A DNA stretch of 64,000 bases from Candidatus Avacidaminococcus intestinavium (GTDB lineage Bacteria; Bacillota; Negativicutes; Acidaminococcales; Acidaminococcaceae). Of this stretch, positions 46,957-57,000 are shown piece by piece. The notes under the pieces are model-generated. The model saw nothing but the letters and a program-made list of their open reading frames with translations, was not told where the DNA came from and searched no databases. The stretch is from positions 13,158-77,157 of the forward strand of contig DVNI01000040.1 in the NCBI GenBank assembly GCA_018714505.1, in the 5' to 3' direction. Made by a program: the position numbers and the translations under genes. Within the stretch, counting starts at the first letter, position 1, and each line of letters begins with the position of its first letter.

Positions 46957-48207
46957 ATGAGTAATCAATATTTTAAAATGGAAGATACAGTATTTAATAT
47001 TACGGAAAAATATCCGGAAACAATTAATCTTTTGGCGGCGAATGGGTTTGAGAACTTAAAGAATGATTTGTTGCGTAAGACTTTGGGTAAAACGATTAGC
47101 CTAGAGCAAGCTTTGCGGAGCAAGAAGATTAATCTTGAAGTTTTTGAACAAAAAATGGTGGAATTTATTGAGCAGGCTAATCCAACGGTAACGACTGGAT
47201 TAACACGGATGCAGAAGTTAGATGGTAGTGATATTAGAATTGAAGGTGTCTTGCCTTGTCCGATTAGGTTACCGCTTTTAGAACGTTTTGAAGATTGGTT
47301 GAAGGAGCATCAAAAGGAATTTGGTTATGAGGTTGACTATGATTTAAAAGCGGCTAGCATGGGTTTAGATGATATTAAGGCTGGTTTGCATGAGCAGGCT
47401 GGTGATGAAAACGCCATCGCTGATTTATTCTTGTCGGCTGGTTTTGATTTATTTTTTGACAAAGAGTTAATGGGTAGTTTGAAGGAACGTGGTGTTTTTA
47501 AAGATTTGAGTGGGCTGACGAAACTAAATGCGGACTTTGATAATGACAAGTTGGATTTAAAGGATCCGCGTGGTGAATATTCGGTAATCGGTGTTGTGGC
47601 GGCAATTTTCATGGTTAATACGGCGGTGTTGGGTGATCGTCCTTTCCCAACTAAGTGGTCTGATCTTTTAAAACCGGAGTATGAGAATACGATTTCTTTA
47701 CCGATGCGGGATTTGGATTTATTTAATGCGTTGTTGTTAAATATTTATAAAGAATTTGGTGAGGAGGGCATTCGCAAATTAGGGCGTAACTTGTTGCGTA
47801 GTATGCATCCGGCACAAATGGTGAAGTCTAATGTAAAAAGGGCCGGTCAGGAAGTTCCTGCTATTACAGTGATGCCCTATTTCTTTACGCAAATGGTTGA
47901 TGAAAAAGGTCCGATGAAGCCTGTGTGGCCGGAAGAGGGTGCGATAGTTAGCCCAATCTTTTTGTTAGCGAAAGAAAAGGCTAAAGACAAGGTAAAACCT
48001 TTTGTGGACTTTTTCTTCTCGCCAGCGATTGGTGAGATTATGTCGGCTGGGGGTAAATTCCCTTCGACGAATCCTGCGGTTGATAATCATTTGACACCGG
48101 AGCAGAATTTTCTGTGGTTAGGTTGGGATTATATTAATACGCATGATATTGGCGCTTTACTCAAGGAAACGGAAGCAATGTTCTTTGCGGCGTCAGGGGA
48201 GGAATAA
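46957..48207 (+). CDS. cytoplasmic DUF1858-like domain fused to a periplasmic-binding-protein-like (Fe3+-type SBP fold) domain
   Basis: 416 aa with no signal peptide or lipobox. N-terminal ~70 aa (TVFNITEKYPETINLLAANGF...ISLEQALRSKKINLE) fit the DUF1858/ScdA_N pattern by eye. The remainder resembles class II solute-binding proteins. AAGGAGG RBS. Confidence 0.6.
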   Translation: MSNQYFKMEDTVFNITEKYPETINLLAANGFENLKNDLLRKTLGKTISLEQALRSKKINLEVFEQKMVEFIEQANPTVTTGLTRMQKLDGSDIRIEGVLPCPIRLPLLERFEDWLKEHQKEFGYEVDYDLKAASMGLDDIKAGLHEQAGDENAIADLFLSAGFDLFFDKELMGSLKERGVFKDLSGLTKLNADFDNDKLDLKDPRGEYSVIGVVAAIFMVNTAVLGDRPFPTKWSDLLKPEYENTISLPMRDLDLFNALLLNIYKEFGEEGIRKLGRNLLRSMHPAQMVKSNVKRAGQEVPAITVMPYFFTQMVDEKGPMKPVWPEEGAIVSPIFLLAKEKAKDKVKPFVDFFFSPAIGEIMSAGGKFPSTNPAVDNHLTPEQNFLWLGWDYINTHDIGALLKETEAMFFAASGEE

Positions 48208-48209
48208 CT

Positions 48210-48905
48210 ATGAATTTGACAATTTTTTCGGGACCGCCTTCTTCGGGTAAGACGGCAGTTATTTTAAAAACAATTGCGGCTTTTCGTGAAAGAGGTATTT
48301 CGGTTGGTGTTGTTAAGTTTGATTGTCTTTATACGGATGACGATATTGCCTATCAAAAAGCTGGTATTCCTGTAAAAAAAGGTTTGGCGGGGGCATTGTG
48401 TCCGGATCACTTTTTTGTTTCTAATATTGAAGAAGTAGTGCAATGGGGCAATAAGCTTGGTTTAGATCACTTGATTACGGAGTCGGCTGGTCTATGCAAT
48501 CGCTGTTCTCCTTATTTGAAAGATATTAAAGGTGTATGTGTTATTGATAATTTATCGGGCATCAATACGCCAAAAAAAATTGGTCCGATGCTCAAGGCGG
48601 CTGATGTGGTGGTAATCACGAAGGGTGATATTGTGTCGCAGGCAGAACGGGAAGTCTTTGCTTCGCGAGTTAGTACGGTTAATCCGAAGGCGATGGTTCT
48701 TCATGTGAATGGTTTGACTGGACAAGGTGCTTTTGAATTAGGTACTTTATTGTATGAACCAGAAAAAGAGGTACCTAGTGTGCAAGGCTATCAACTGCGT
48801 TTTGCTATGCCTTCGGCTTTATGCTCATATTGTTTGGGTGAAACGAGAGTGGGCGAGGCGTATCAGCTGGGCAATGTGAAAAAGATGAATCTGGAGGAAA
48901 AATGA
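48210..48905 (+). CDS. P-loop GTPase of the G3E/SIMIBI type (HypB/UreG/CobW-like metallochaperone candidate)
   Basis: Walker A GPPSSGKT. Switch/Walker B-like ITESAGLCNRC with a CxxC. TKGD corresponds to the NKxD guanine-specificity motif. 231 aa. It starts 3 nt after the upstream gene. Confidence 0.65.
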   Translation: MNLTIFSGPPSSGKTAVILKTIAAFRERGISVGVVKFDCLYTDDDIAYQKAGIPVKKGLAGALCPDHFFVSNIEEVVQWGNKLGLDHLITESAGLCNRCSPYLKDIKGVCVIDNLSGINTPKKIGPMLKAADVVVITKGDIVSQAEREVFASRVSTVNPKAMVLHVNGLTGQGAFELGTLLYEPEKEVPSVQGYQLRFAMPSALCSYCLGETRVGEAYQLGNVKKMNLEEK

Positions 48906-49900
48906 CGATGGAGCAATTGACGATTGGAGAATTGATAAAGCGTTATCCTTTTGTAACATCTTATTTTGAACAGAACAAGTTAGTTGTTGCGGGTTTTGAG
49001 GAAGGGACGTTTAGTGAGTATCTAGCACATTTTTCAGAAGAAGAATTGGAAGATCAGGCTATTGATAAAGAAAAGTTAACGGCAGATTTATATTTGTTTA
49101 TTGAGCAAATGGCGGCTTTTTTAAATATTGAAGAGGATGAGGGTGTTAGTTCGCTCACCATTTTGCCGGGTACGGATAAGAGTGGACAAGCGGAGAACTT
49201 CGTAGAGCTGAAGGTCAACACTTCGGAGATTATTGCAATTGTTGGACCGACTGGTAGTGGTAAAAGTCGTTTGCTGGCCGATATTGAGTGGGCGGCGAAG
49301 CGTGATACACCGACTAAGCGTGCTATTTTGGTTAACGAAAAAGAACCTGATGCGAAGTGGCGTTATTCCACGAATAATAAATTAGTCGCTCAGCTTTCAC
49401 AAAATATGAATTTTATTATGGATTTGACGGTGCAGGAATTTTTGGAGATGCATGCGCAAAGTCGTTTGGTAGAAAATCCTGAGGAAATAGTTGCACGTAT
49501 TATTGAAGAAGCAAATAAACTAGCGGGCGAGCAGTTTAGGCTTGATACGCCAGTCACGGGACTTAGTGGTGGTCAGTCACGAGCATTGATGATTGCTGAT
49601 ACCGCTATCTTGAGCAAGTCGCCGATTGTTTTGATTGATGAGATTGAAAATGCTGGTATTGATCGCACCAAGGCTTTAGCTCTTTTGGTAGCGGAAGATA
49701 AGATTGTTTTGATGGCTACGCATGATCCTTTACTTGCTTTGATGGCTGATAAACGTATTGTAATTAAAAACGGTGGTATTCATAAAATTATTGAAACGAC
49801 TGCTGATGAGAAAAAAATGTTAGTTGAGTTTGAAAAAATGGATCAAATAATGCAGACTGCTCGACATGCTTTGCGAGCTGGAGAAGTGTTAAAAGTCTAA
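48902..49900 (+). CDS. soluble ABC-type ATPase with an N-terminal DUF1858-like domain (no cognate permease)
   Basis: N-terminal LTIGELIKRYPFVTSYFEQNKL resembles DUF1858. Walker A GPTGSGKS, signature LSGGQSR, Walker B VLIDEIENAGID, H-loop ATHD. It overlaps the upstream gene by 4 nt (ATGA). Confidence 0.7.
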   Translation: MTMEQLTIGELIKRYPFVTSYFEQNKLVVAGFEEGTFSEYLAHFSEEELEDQAIDKEKLTADLYLFIEQMAAFLNIEEDEGVSSLTILPGTDKSGQAENFVELKVNTSEIIAIVGPTGSGKSRLLADIEWAAKRDTPTKRAILVNEKEPDAKWRYSTNNKLVAQLSQNMNFIMDLTVQEFLEMHAQSRLVENPEEIVARIIEEANKLAGEQFRLDTPVTGLSGGQSRALMIADTAILSKSPIVLIDEIENAGIDRTKALALLVAEDKIVLMATHDPLLALMADKRIVIKNGGIHKIIETTADEKKMLVEFEKMDQIMQTARHALRAGEVLKV

Positions 49901-49947
49901 GTTTTAGGTTAATTACAACCTTTAATAAATAATATACAAAATTTTGC

Positions 49948-49976
49948 TTGCAAAAATACTTTAAATTGTGTAATAT
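49948..49976 (+). promoter_or_regulatory. promoter of the tRNA-Lys/tRNA-Glu unit
   Basis: TTGCAA (49948-49953), a 17-nt spacer ending in TGTG (extended -10), then TAATAT (49971-49976), 15 nt upstream of the tRNA 5' end. Confidence 0.65.
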
Positions 49977-49990
49977 ATTATATGCGCTAC

Positions 49991-50066
49991 GGTCCATTAG
50001 CTCAGTTGGTAGAGCACCTGACTCTTAATCAGGGTGTCGCAGGTTCGAGGCCTGCATGGATCACCA
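49991..50066 (+). tRNA. tRNA-Lys (anticodon CTT)
   Basis: Manual cloverleaf fold: acceptor GGTCCAT/ATGGATC (one G-U pair), D-arm GCTC/GAGC, anticodon stem CCTGA/TCAGG with loop CTCTTAA, T-arm GCAGG-TTCGAGG-CCTGC, encoded CCA. Confidence 0.9.
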
Positions 50067-50074
50067 TTTTTAGC

Positions 50075-50149
50075 GGCCGGTTGGTCAAGCGGTTAAGACA
50101 CCGCCCTTTCACGGCGGTATCAGGGGTTCGATTCCCCTACCGGTCACCA
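50075..50149 (+). tRNA. tRNA-Glu (anticodon TTC)
   Basis: GGCCGGTTGGTCAAGCGGTTAAGACACCGCCCTTTCACGGCGG... Anticodon loop CTTTCAC, T-arm AGGGG-TTCGATT-CCCCT, encoded CCA. Close to canonical Firmicute tRNA-Glu. Confidence 0.9.
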
Positions 50150-50157
50150 CGTAAATC

Positions 50158-50190
50158 AAAACCTCCTATTTTAATAGGAGGTTTTTTTAT
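50158..50190 (+). terminator. rho-independent terminator after tRNA-Glu
   Basis: ACCTCCTA..TAGGAGGT hairpin followed by TTTTTTT. Confidence 0.8.
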
Positions 50191-50310
50191 TTTACAAAAA
50201 TTTTTATAAAAGGTAGATTAGAATCATTGCTATTGTATTAACAAAAATGGTATAGTAAAAAAAAGAAAATAGTTAAGTTGATTAAATGGGAAAAGGAGGA
50301 GCAGTTTGAT

Positions 50311-51768
50311 ATGTATAAATTTACACGAAATGATCATGCGCAGCCTACGTTACTAGAAAATATTTTGCTAGATATTCGTTTGGCCATCAATTGCGAATCT
50401 GGTATTTTATATTTGCATCGAGCGGGTAAACTCTATGTTGAAGCAATTCAAGGCAGCGATGGGTATACCTATAAAAGGGGACAGATTGTTAATAAGAGTT
50501 TTATGGCTTTGGAGGTAGATGAAACCTCGGCGGTGGGCTATAGCTTTATTTATAGTCGTGTAGTGAATACGGATGCTTTGGGTAATGTTGAATATCCTTT
50601 TTTACATAATGGTTTGAAACAACCGTACGAGGAAGAACTAGCCATTGCTGAGGGTAGCGGTCTTTATGTTCCGATTACGAATTATTCGGGAGAAAAACTA
50701 GGGGTTATTCGCTTAGCTAATGCAATTGATGATACGGGTGCAAGAACTGCTTTTACTAGTATTCATGCACGAGCAGCAAGAATTATTGCTACATACTTTA
50801 ATATTTGTGTGTCTAATGCCAAAGATGCTTATGTCGCTGATGAAATGGTAAAAGCGTTAGCTCATTTAATGTCAGCATTCACTGATGAAATCAAGGGGGT
50901 ACCAGAAGGGCATACGAGGCATCTCATTAATTTGTCTAAACAGTTTATTAAATATTTGCGTAAAACAGATTTAGCTCCTAGCGCAAGTGAGGTTAATGAA
51001 GCAAATGTTGTCGAATTAGTTGCTTGTTTAAAAGATATTGGTTATTTGGATAGTAATATCAAAAACAACATGGCAGCTAGTGGACAAGTAGAAATATATA
51101 ACTTGTTAAAAACCAGATTTTTAGCGATTAAAGAACAAAGAAAGTTTCAATTGCTTAAAGAAGTCTTGCAAGGTGATTTTGACGAGCGCAAAAACTTAAG
51201 TGAAACGGCGTGGCAAGAGATCAGAATTATTGAAGATGAGATGAATACAGCACTTAATTTTATTGAAATGCTTAGTAATTCTGCTTGCATTGCTAGTGAA
51301 TCAACGCAAAGATATATTGAAGATTTAGTTTCTCAAAGTTGGCTTAATGCCGAGGGCAAGGAAGTACCTTGGTTAACACGTGAAGAAGCCACATTTTTGC
51401 TTAAGGATTGTTCTGAAATTAGTAATGGTGTGAATAATTTGGCTACAGAACAAATGATTGTGGCTAGTAGTAGGTTGTTAAAGCGCATTGTTTTTACTAA
51501 TAAATATAAAGATATTCCAGAATTAATTACGGGTTTACATGAATACAATGCATACCTTAATTATCCACTGGGTGAAATGATTGTTGAACCGCCTTTATTG
51601 GTTATAGTTTTGCAAGTAGTGGAAACTTTCTTAAATAAAATTGAGCGTTTAGGTGAATATAATCTTTCGCGGGCCGAAAAAGTACTTGATGAGATGGCGC
51701 TCGAGCAAAAGCATAATAGGCTCATGATAGTGCGGTTTAAAGAGAGTGGTTCGTGGCAAAATTTATAA
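50311..51768 (+). CDS. GAF-like domain protein with a degenerate HD-GYP-like C-terminal region (function unknown)
   Basis: N-terminal ~170 aa look GAF-like (ILYLHRAGKLYVEA...GVIRLANAID). Downstream are GHTRHL, LKDIGY (in place of HDIGK) and LHEYNAYLNYPLG (in place of HHExxDGxGYP). AAGGAGGA precedes ATG 50311; the track start is TTG 50278. Confidence 0.5.
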   Translation: MYKFTRNDHAQPTLLENILLDIRLAINCESGILYLHRAGKLYVEAIQGSDGYTYKRGQIVNKSFMALEVDETSAVGYSFIYSRVVNTDALGNVEYPFLHNGLKQPYEEELAIAEGSGLYVPITNYSGEKLGVIRLANAIDDTGARTAFTSIHARAARIIATYFNICVSNAKDAYVADEMVKALAHLMSAFTDEIKGVPEGHTRHLINLSKQFIKYLRKTDLAPSASEVNEANVVELVACLKDIGYLDSNIKNNMAASGQVEIYNLLKTRFLAIKEQRKFQLLKEVLQGDFDERKNLSETAWQEIRIIEDEMNTALNFIEMLSNSACIASESTQRYIEDLVSQSWLNAEGKEVPWLTREEATFLLKDCSEISNGVNNLATEQMIVASSRLLKRIVFTNKYKDIPELITGLHEYNAYLNYPLGEMIVEPPLLVIVLQVVETFLNKIERLGEYNLSRAEKVLDEMALEQKHNRLMIVRFKESGSWQNL

Positions 51769-51776
51769 ACTAATGC

Positions 51777-51805
51777 TTGACAAATTAGTGTAAAATTGTT
51801 ATCAT
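51777..51805 (+). promoter_or_regulatory. promoter of the tRNA-Val/Asp/Phe unit
   Basis: TTGACA (51777-51782), a 17-nt spacer ending in TGT, then TATCAT (51800-51805). It starts 9 nt after the stop codon of the preceding CDS. Confidence 0.65.
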
Positions 51806-51856
51806 AAATTTTGTAGTTAAGCGTTAACCGATGTGTGTACGCTTGACCTTTGGTAA

Positions 51857-51932
<76 letters not shown>

Positions 51933-51956
51933 TTTTTTTTGCCAAAAATCACATAA

Positions 51957-52033
51957 GGCCCGGTAGTTTAGTTGGTTAGAATGCCGCCCTGTCACGGCGG
52001 AGGTCGTCGGTTCGAGTCCGATCCGGGTCGCCA
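51957..52033 (+). tRNA. tRNA-Asp (anticodon GTC)
   Basis: GGCCCGGTAGTTTAGTTGGTTAGAATGCCGCCCTGTCACGGCGG... Anticodon loop CTGTCAC, encoded CCA. Confidence 0.92.
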
Positions 52034-52035
52034 AT

Positions 52036-52111
<76 letters not shown>

Positions 52112-52124
52112 TTTTTTATACGAA

Positions 52125-52155
52125 AGCACTTACTTTTAGGGTAAGTGCTATTTTC
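52125..52155 (+). terminator. rho-independent terminator after the tRNA cluster
   Basis: AGCACTTAC-TTTTAGG-GTAAGTGCT followed by ATTTTC. Confidence 0.75.
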
Positions 52156-52344
52156 ATTTGTGAACTTATTGTAAAAAAGTTGAGTAAATTACTGAGGTAT
52201 ATGGGGTAATACGCATGGTTGAGCCATTTATAAGACGTTAGAAATTTTACATTACAACCTTTGACCTATTGCGTCACAAACTGATAAGTGCTACAATGAG
52301 CATACCGAAAGGTGATAATTATTTTCTATTAGGAGGGGAATTGA

Positions 52345-53826
52345 ATGACTGTTAAACTCCAAGACAAATATCAACTCTTTGTGAACGGAGAGTGGCTTGA
52401 CGCCTCAAATGGTGCGACTTTAAAATCCTATAATCCTGCAACTGGAGAATTTTTGGCAGAAATTGCTGATGCTTCTGATCAAGATGTTGATGCAGCGGTT
52501 AAAGCTGCTCGAGAAGCGTTCCAAAGTTGGGGAAAAACAACCGTAGTTGAGAGAGCTGCGGTACTAAATAAAATTGCAGATATTATTGATGCCAATAGAG
52601 AGTTTTTGGCGACAGTAGAAACGATGGATAATGGTAAACCAATTAGGGAGACCATGAATGCTGATATTCCGCTTGCTGCTGATCATTTCCGCTATTTCGC
52701 AGGTGTAATTCGCGGTGAAGAAGGCAGTGCTACGATGGTGGATGAAAACACCATGACGCTTATTATAAGAGAGCCAATTGGTGTAGTTGGACAAATCGTG
52801 CCGTGGAACTTCCCGTTCTTAATGGCTGCTTGGAAACTAGCACCAGTTTTAGCGGCAGGTGACGTAACGGTACTTAAACCTTCCAGTACGACTTCACTAA
52901 GTGTATTGGAATTAATGAAATTAATACAAGATGTTGTGCCGAAAGGCGTAATCAACGTTATTACAGGTAAGGGTTCTAAGAGTGGTGAATTCTTGCAACA
53001 TCATACGGGACTAGATAAACTAGCGTTTACTGGTTCTACAGAAGTTGGTCGTGAGATTGGACTTTCAGCAGCGCAAATGATTATTCCTGCTACTCTTGAA
53101 TTGGGTGGCAAATCTGCGAATGTTTTCTTTAAAGATGCAGATATGAAAATCGCTTTGGAAGGTGTTCAACTCGGAATTCTCTTTAACCAAGGACAAGTAT
53201 GTTCTGCTGGTTCAAGAATTTTTGTTGAAGAATCTTTCTATGATGAGTTCATGGCACATGTCGTTCCAGCTTTTGAAAAAGTTAAAGTTGGTAATCCGCT
53301 TGATCCAGAAACCCAAATGGGTGCTCAAATTGATGAGCGTCAATTGAAGAAAATCTTAGAATATGTTGAAATCGGTAAAAGTGAAGGTGCTAAAGTGGCT
53401 GTCGGTGGTGCTCGTTATACTGAAGGTGAAGCCGGTAAAGGTTACTTTATGCAACCAACGCTTTTGACAGATGTAACTAATGATATGCGTGTTGCACAGG
53501 AAGAGATTTTTGGACCTGTTGGCGTAGTTATTAAGTTTAAAGACGAAGAAGAATTACTTAGACTCGCTAATGACAGCGTTTATGGTTTAGCTGGTGGTGT
53601 CTTTACTACTAACATAAACAAAGCAATTAGAGTGGCACGTGGTATTCAAACTGGACGTGTTTGGGTAAATACCTATAATATATTCCCAGCAGGAGCTCCG
53701 TTTGGTGGTTACAAAGAGTCTGGTATTGGTAGAGAAACTCATAAAGTAATTCTTGACCACTATACTCAGATGAAAAACATCATTATCAATCTTAATGAAA
53801 AACCAGGTGGTTTTTACGTTAAATAA
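52345..53826 (+). CDS. NAD(P)+-dependent aldehyde dehydrogenase
   Basis: 493 aa. VPWNFP, catalytic Glu in ELGGKS, catalytic Cys in NQGQVCSAGSR, C-terminal GYKESGIGRE. Confidence 0.92.
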   Translation: MTVKLQDKYQLFVNGEWLDASNGATLKSYNPATGEFLAEIADASDQDVDAAVKAAREAFQSWGKTTVVERAAVLNKIADIIDANREFLATVETMDNGKPIRETMNADIPLAADHFRYFAGVIRGEEGSATMVDENTMTLIIREPIGVVGQIVPWNFPFLMAAWKLAPVLAAGDVTVLKPSSTTSLSVLELMKLIQDVVPKGVINVITGKGSKSGEFLQHHTGLDKLAFTGSTEVGREIGLSAAQMIIPATLELGGKSANVFFKDADMKIALEGVQLGILFNQGQVCSAGSRIFVEESFYDEFMAHVVPAFEKVKVGNPLDPETQMGAQIDERQLKKILEYVEIGKSEGAKVAVGGARYTEGEAGKGYFMQPTLLTDVTNDMRVAQEEIFGPVGVVIKFKDEEELLRLANDSVYGLAGGVFTTNINKAIRVARGIQTGRVWVNTYNIFPAGAPFGGYKESGIGRETHKVILDHYTQMKNIIINLNEKPGGFYVK

Positions 53827-53868
53827 ATTAGCGGTTAAGTAAATGCTAATCATAAAAAACATTGAACG

Positions 53869-53900
53869 AGTCACAGATTTTTGTCTGTGACTTGTTTTTT
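53869..53900 (+). terminator. rho-independent terminator after the aldehyde dehydrogenase gene
   Basis: AGTCACAGA-TTTTTG-TCTGTGACT followed by TGTTTTTT. Confidence 0.8.
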
Positions 53901-53920
53901 AATTACAAAGAAAGAATAAC

Positions 53921-53960
53921 GCAAAAGGGCTGAATCACTAAAAAGTGACTCAGCCCTTTG
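53921..53960 (-). terminator. rho-independent terminator downstream of the autotransporter gene
   Basis: AAAGGGCTGAATCAC / GTGACTCAGCCCTTT stem with one mismatch. TTTTGC follows on the minus strand. Confidence 0.7.
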
Positions 53961-54011
53961 TTTATGAGCGCTATTTATGAGAAAATAGTAAATACTGCGT
54001 TTTAAAGCTTT

Positions 54012-57000
54012 TTATTTGGCAGTTATTTCAGAACCGTACTTATCACGACTTTCTCCGCCATTTACGCGTACACGTTCAACTTTACGTCGATCATTGTCTT
54101 CGCCGCTAATACGATCTACTCTTATTCTGCCTAGTTCGGCTTCGAATTCATTAATGAGTCTGGATTCAATATTAACCCCTCTTTGCATTGCACGATAAAG
54201 CATGGTTGCAAATTCATATCTTGTCATCATGCGATCACCGCCAAAGTTACCATCAGGATAACCTTCGATAACACCTTGTTTAGCAAGACCACTTACGTAT
54301 TCGTAGGCCCAGTGATTTTCTGCAACATCTGGGAAGAGACGATTGAGGTCAAGATTGTCGTAGCCTTTAGTATTATTTTGCATAACGAGCATGGTTAAAT
54401 CGGCAACTTGCTTACGCAAATCAACTAATTCTTTAGCCATTGCTACTTTGGAATTATTGACGTGGCTAGTGCGGTCAAGAGCAAAAGACACGCCCATATT
54501 AACCATATTTTCGCCGTTGCCAATTGTTCCGCCTAGATTGAGCATTACTTTTTCATCTGGGCGATAGAAAGCACCGATTGCGCCAGCGGTTTCGCCTTTG
54601 TAGTTACCAACGCCAGCGGCAAAGCTTAGCTTGGTGTCTGGATCAAATTCCAGTGGGTGAAGCGCAGCAAGTGCAGCAGCACCGGCACCTACTTTATCAA
54701 CGCGGCTGCCAAGTTTATTAACGTTATTAGTGATGTTATTGATTTGGTCACCGTGTTGCTCAAGTACGTCACGGTTGGTTTTTATTTCTCGATCAAGAAT
54801 AACATCGGCATCGGCCATATCTTTGGCATCTTTGATGAAGTTAGTTTCTTTGTAGCGTTCTTTCATTTCTTCTTTTGTACTAACGCCAACAGTGCTAGTC
54901 AAATCATCAAGTTTCTTTTTACTTGCAACATCTTTAATTTTCACGTCATAAGAGTTGCTTTCGTTGTATTTATCAACGACCTTCATCGTGACGTCACCGT
55001 TATCATTTGCTGCATATCCTATGCCGTTGTTATCGTCTAGTGCATAATCATGCAATGTACCTTCTAGGGTGATATCGGGTTTGCTATCTTTTTTCTTTAG
55101 GGTAATTTTACCATCAGCGCCAATTTTACCACCGGTAATCGAAGTAGCATCTAGTTCTTCAACTTTATTGTTGACGTTCTCGATTTTGGTATTTACGTCT
55201 TGATAGAGACCTTGCAATTGCCCTTCAGTAGCGGCGCGGTCAGGGGTGGTTTTGCCAGTAGTTTCTGGATCCCAGGTTGTGTTTTTTAGACCATCAATAT
55301 GCCCGTCTTTGCCGTCGATGCTAATACCATCTGCGCCACCAACTTGGATTTTACCATTTTTACCATCAAGCTGGACGGCGTTATTGCCTTCGCCTAGCGT
55401 AATGCTATCTTGGAGGCTTACTTTATAATCATTGGGACCAGCTTCGGGACCGCTTTTTTCAACTTTAATGCCATTGCCTTCGGAAACGGTTGTTTTAGTT
55501 TTGGTGGTTTCGTTGTTAACATAATCTTTCATCTGACCAACGTTGACTGCATCGGTATCTGCTGTACCGGTACCTACATTAGTAATTTTGTTACCGCCGT
55601 TATTAAGGCCAGCATCGGTTAATGAAACGGAACTACCGTTAATATATACACCGCCAGTGGTTACTTTTTTGAACTCAACTTCTTCGGCTAAGCTGATCTC
55701 CAGATCACCTTTTTCATTAACAACTGTTTTTACATTTTTAGTAGATGTTTCTTTGCTATCATCTAGGATACCGCCAACAATGTTTACAGTAGTTCCTAAT
55801 TTTTTATTAACGGTACCTTTATTACCGGCAAAAGTTAAGCCGCCATCAAGCGTCTGAGATACCTTTTGCAATTGATCTTCAGTAGCAGCTTGACCGCTAA
55901 CAATCTTAGTGGGATCCCAAGTTTTGTTAGTAAGACCATTAACAGTTGCACCAGTGCCACCACCGTTAATGCTAACATTGCCAATAGTAGCAGTTCCGGT
56001 AACACCGTTTAAGGAAACGGTGTTGCCAGCAGTAATTTTACCTTCTTCACCATTAATAGTAACTTGGTTATCACCTGTCCCCAAGGTTATTTTATCATTT
56101 AAATTAACTTTATAATCTAACGTTCCGTCATTATTTGTAGAAGAAGTAACATTTGTATTTTTACCGTCTGATAAAGTTGTTTTAGCATTAGCTTTTTGTT
56201 CAACAACTTTTAGTTGTTTTAGATTAACAGCATCCGTATCAACTGTACCTTCTGCGACACCAGTAATTTTGTTACCGCCGTTATTAAGACCGTTCACTGT
56301 TAGTTCTATGGTGCTGTTTTTAAATTTAATACTACTTAGATCAGTGATATTTTCAGCGAGTTTAACGGCAAGTTTATCCTTATCATTAATTACTCCAATA
56401 TTATTATTAGTTAGTGGTGCTGTCGCTCCACCAATAATATCAAGTGTTTGGTCTGAGCCGCGTTTGATGGCCTCACCTTGATCGCCTTTAAAGCCTAAAG
56501 GTCTAGTCAAAGCATAGAGCTGGCTACCGTTTATCGCATCGGTACTGCTAGCAGTAACAAGACCTGCGGAAACGTTTTGAATGCGGCGTTCAGCGCCTAC
56601 GCTACCAATCGAAACTACGCCTGCTGGTACAGTGCCGCCAGCAAAAGTATAAGTTTTTTTATTATCAGTTAGTTTGTCGTAGGCTTTATTACCTTGGGTA
56701 CTTGCACCTTGTTTTTCATAGGTAGTGTTATCACCTAGATAAACTGAATTAGCGAGGATATCTGAAGTATTACCTACGTTATTACCAAGGATGAAAACTT
56801 TATCTTGGTTATGGTCTTTGTTATTGTTACCTAGTACGCGATTATTATTGCCAAGTACTTGGTTATCATTACCGAAGACGCCGGAGTTCTCAACAAAATC
56901 ATAATCATTGCTACCAACAGGTGGTTTTTGACCAAGCGTATTGCCATAACCAATAACCGAAGAAGAATGCGATGTAACACTATTATTATTACCTAAGACG

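Noticed and set aside
49982-50209. A 75-aa plus-strand ORF, and a 157-aa minus-strand ORF at 51561-52034.
   Set aside because: They overlap tRNA-Lys/Glu and tRNA-Val/Asp respectively, and their 'proteins' are translations of tRNA sequence. The 51561-52034 ORF also runs antisense into the 3' end of the GAF/HD-like CDS.
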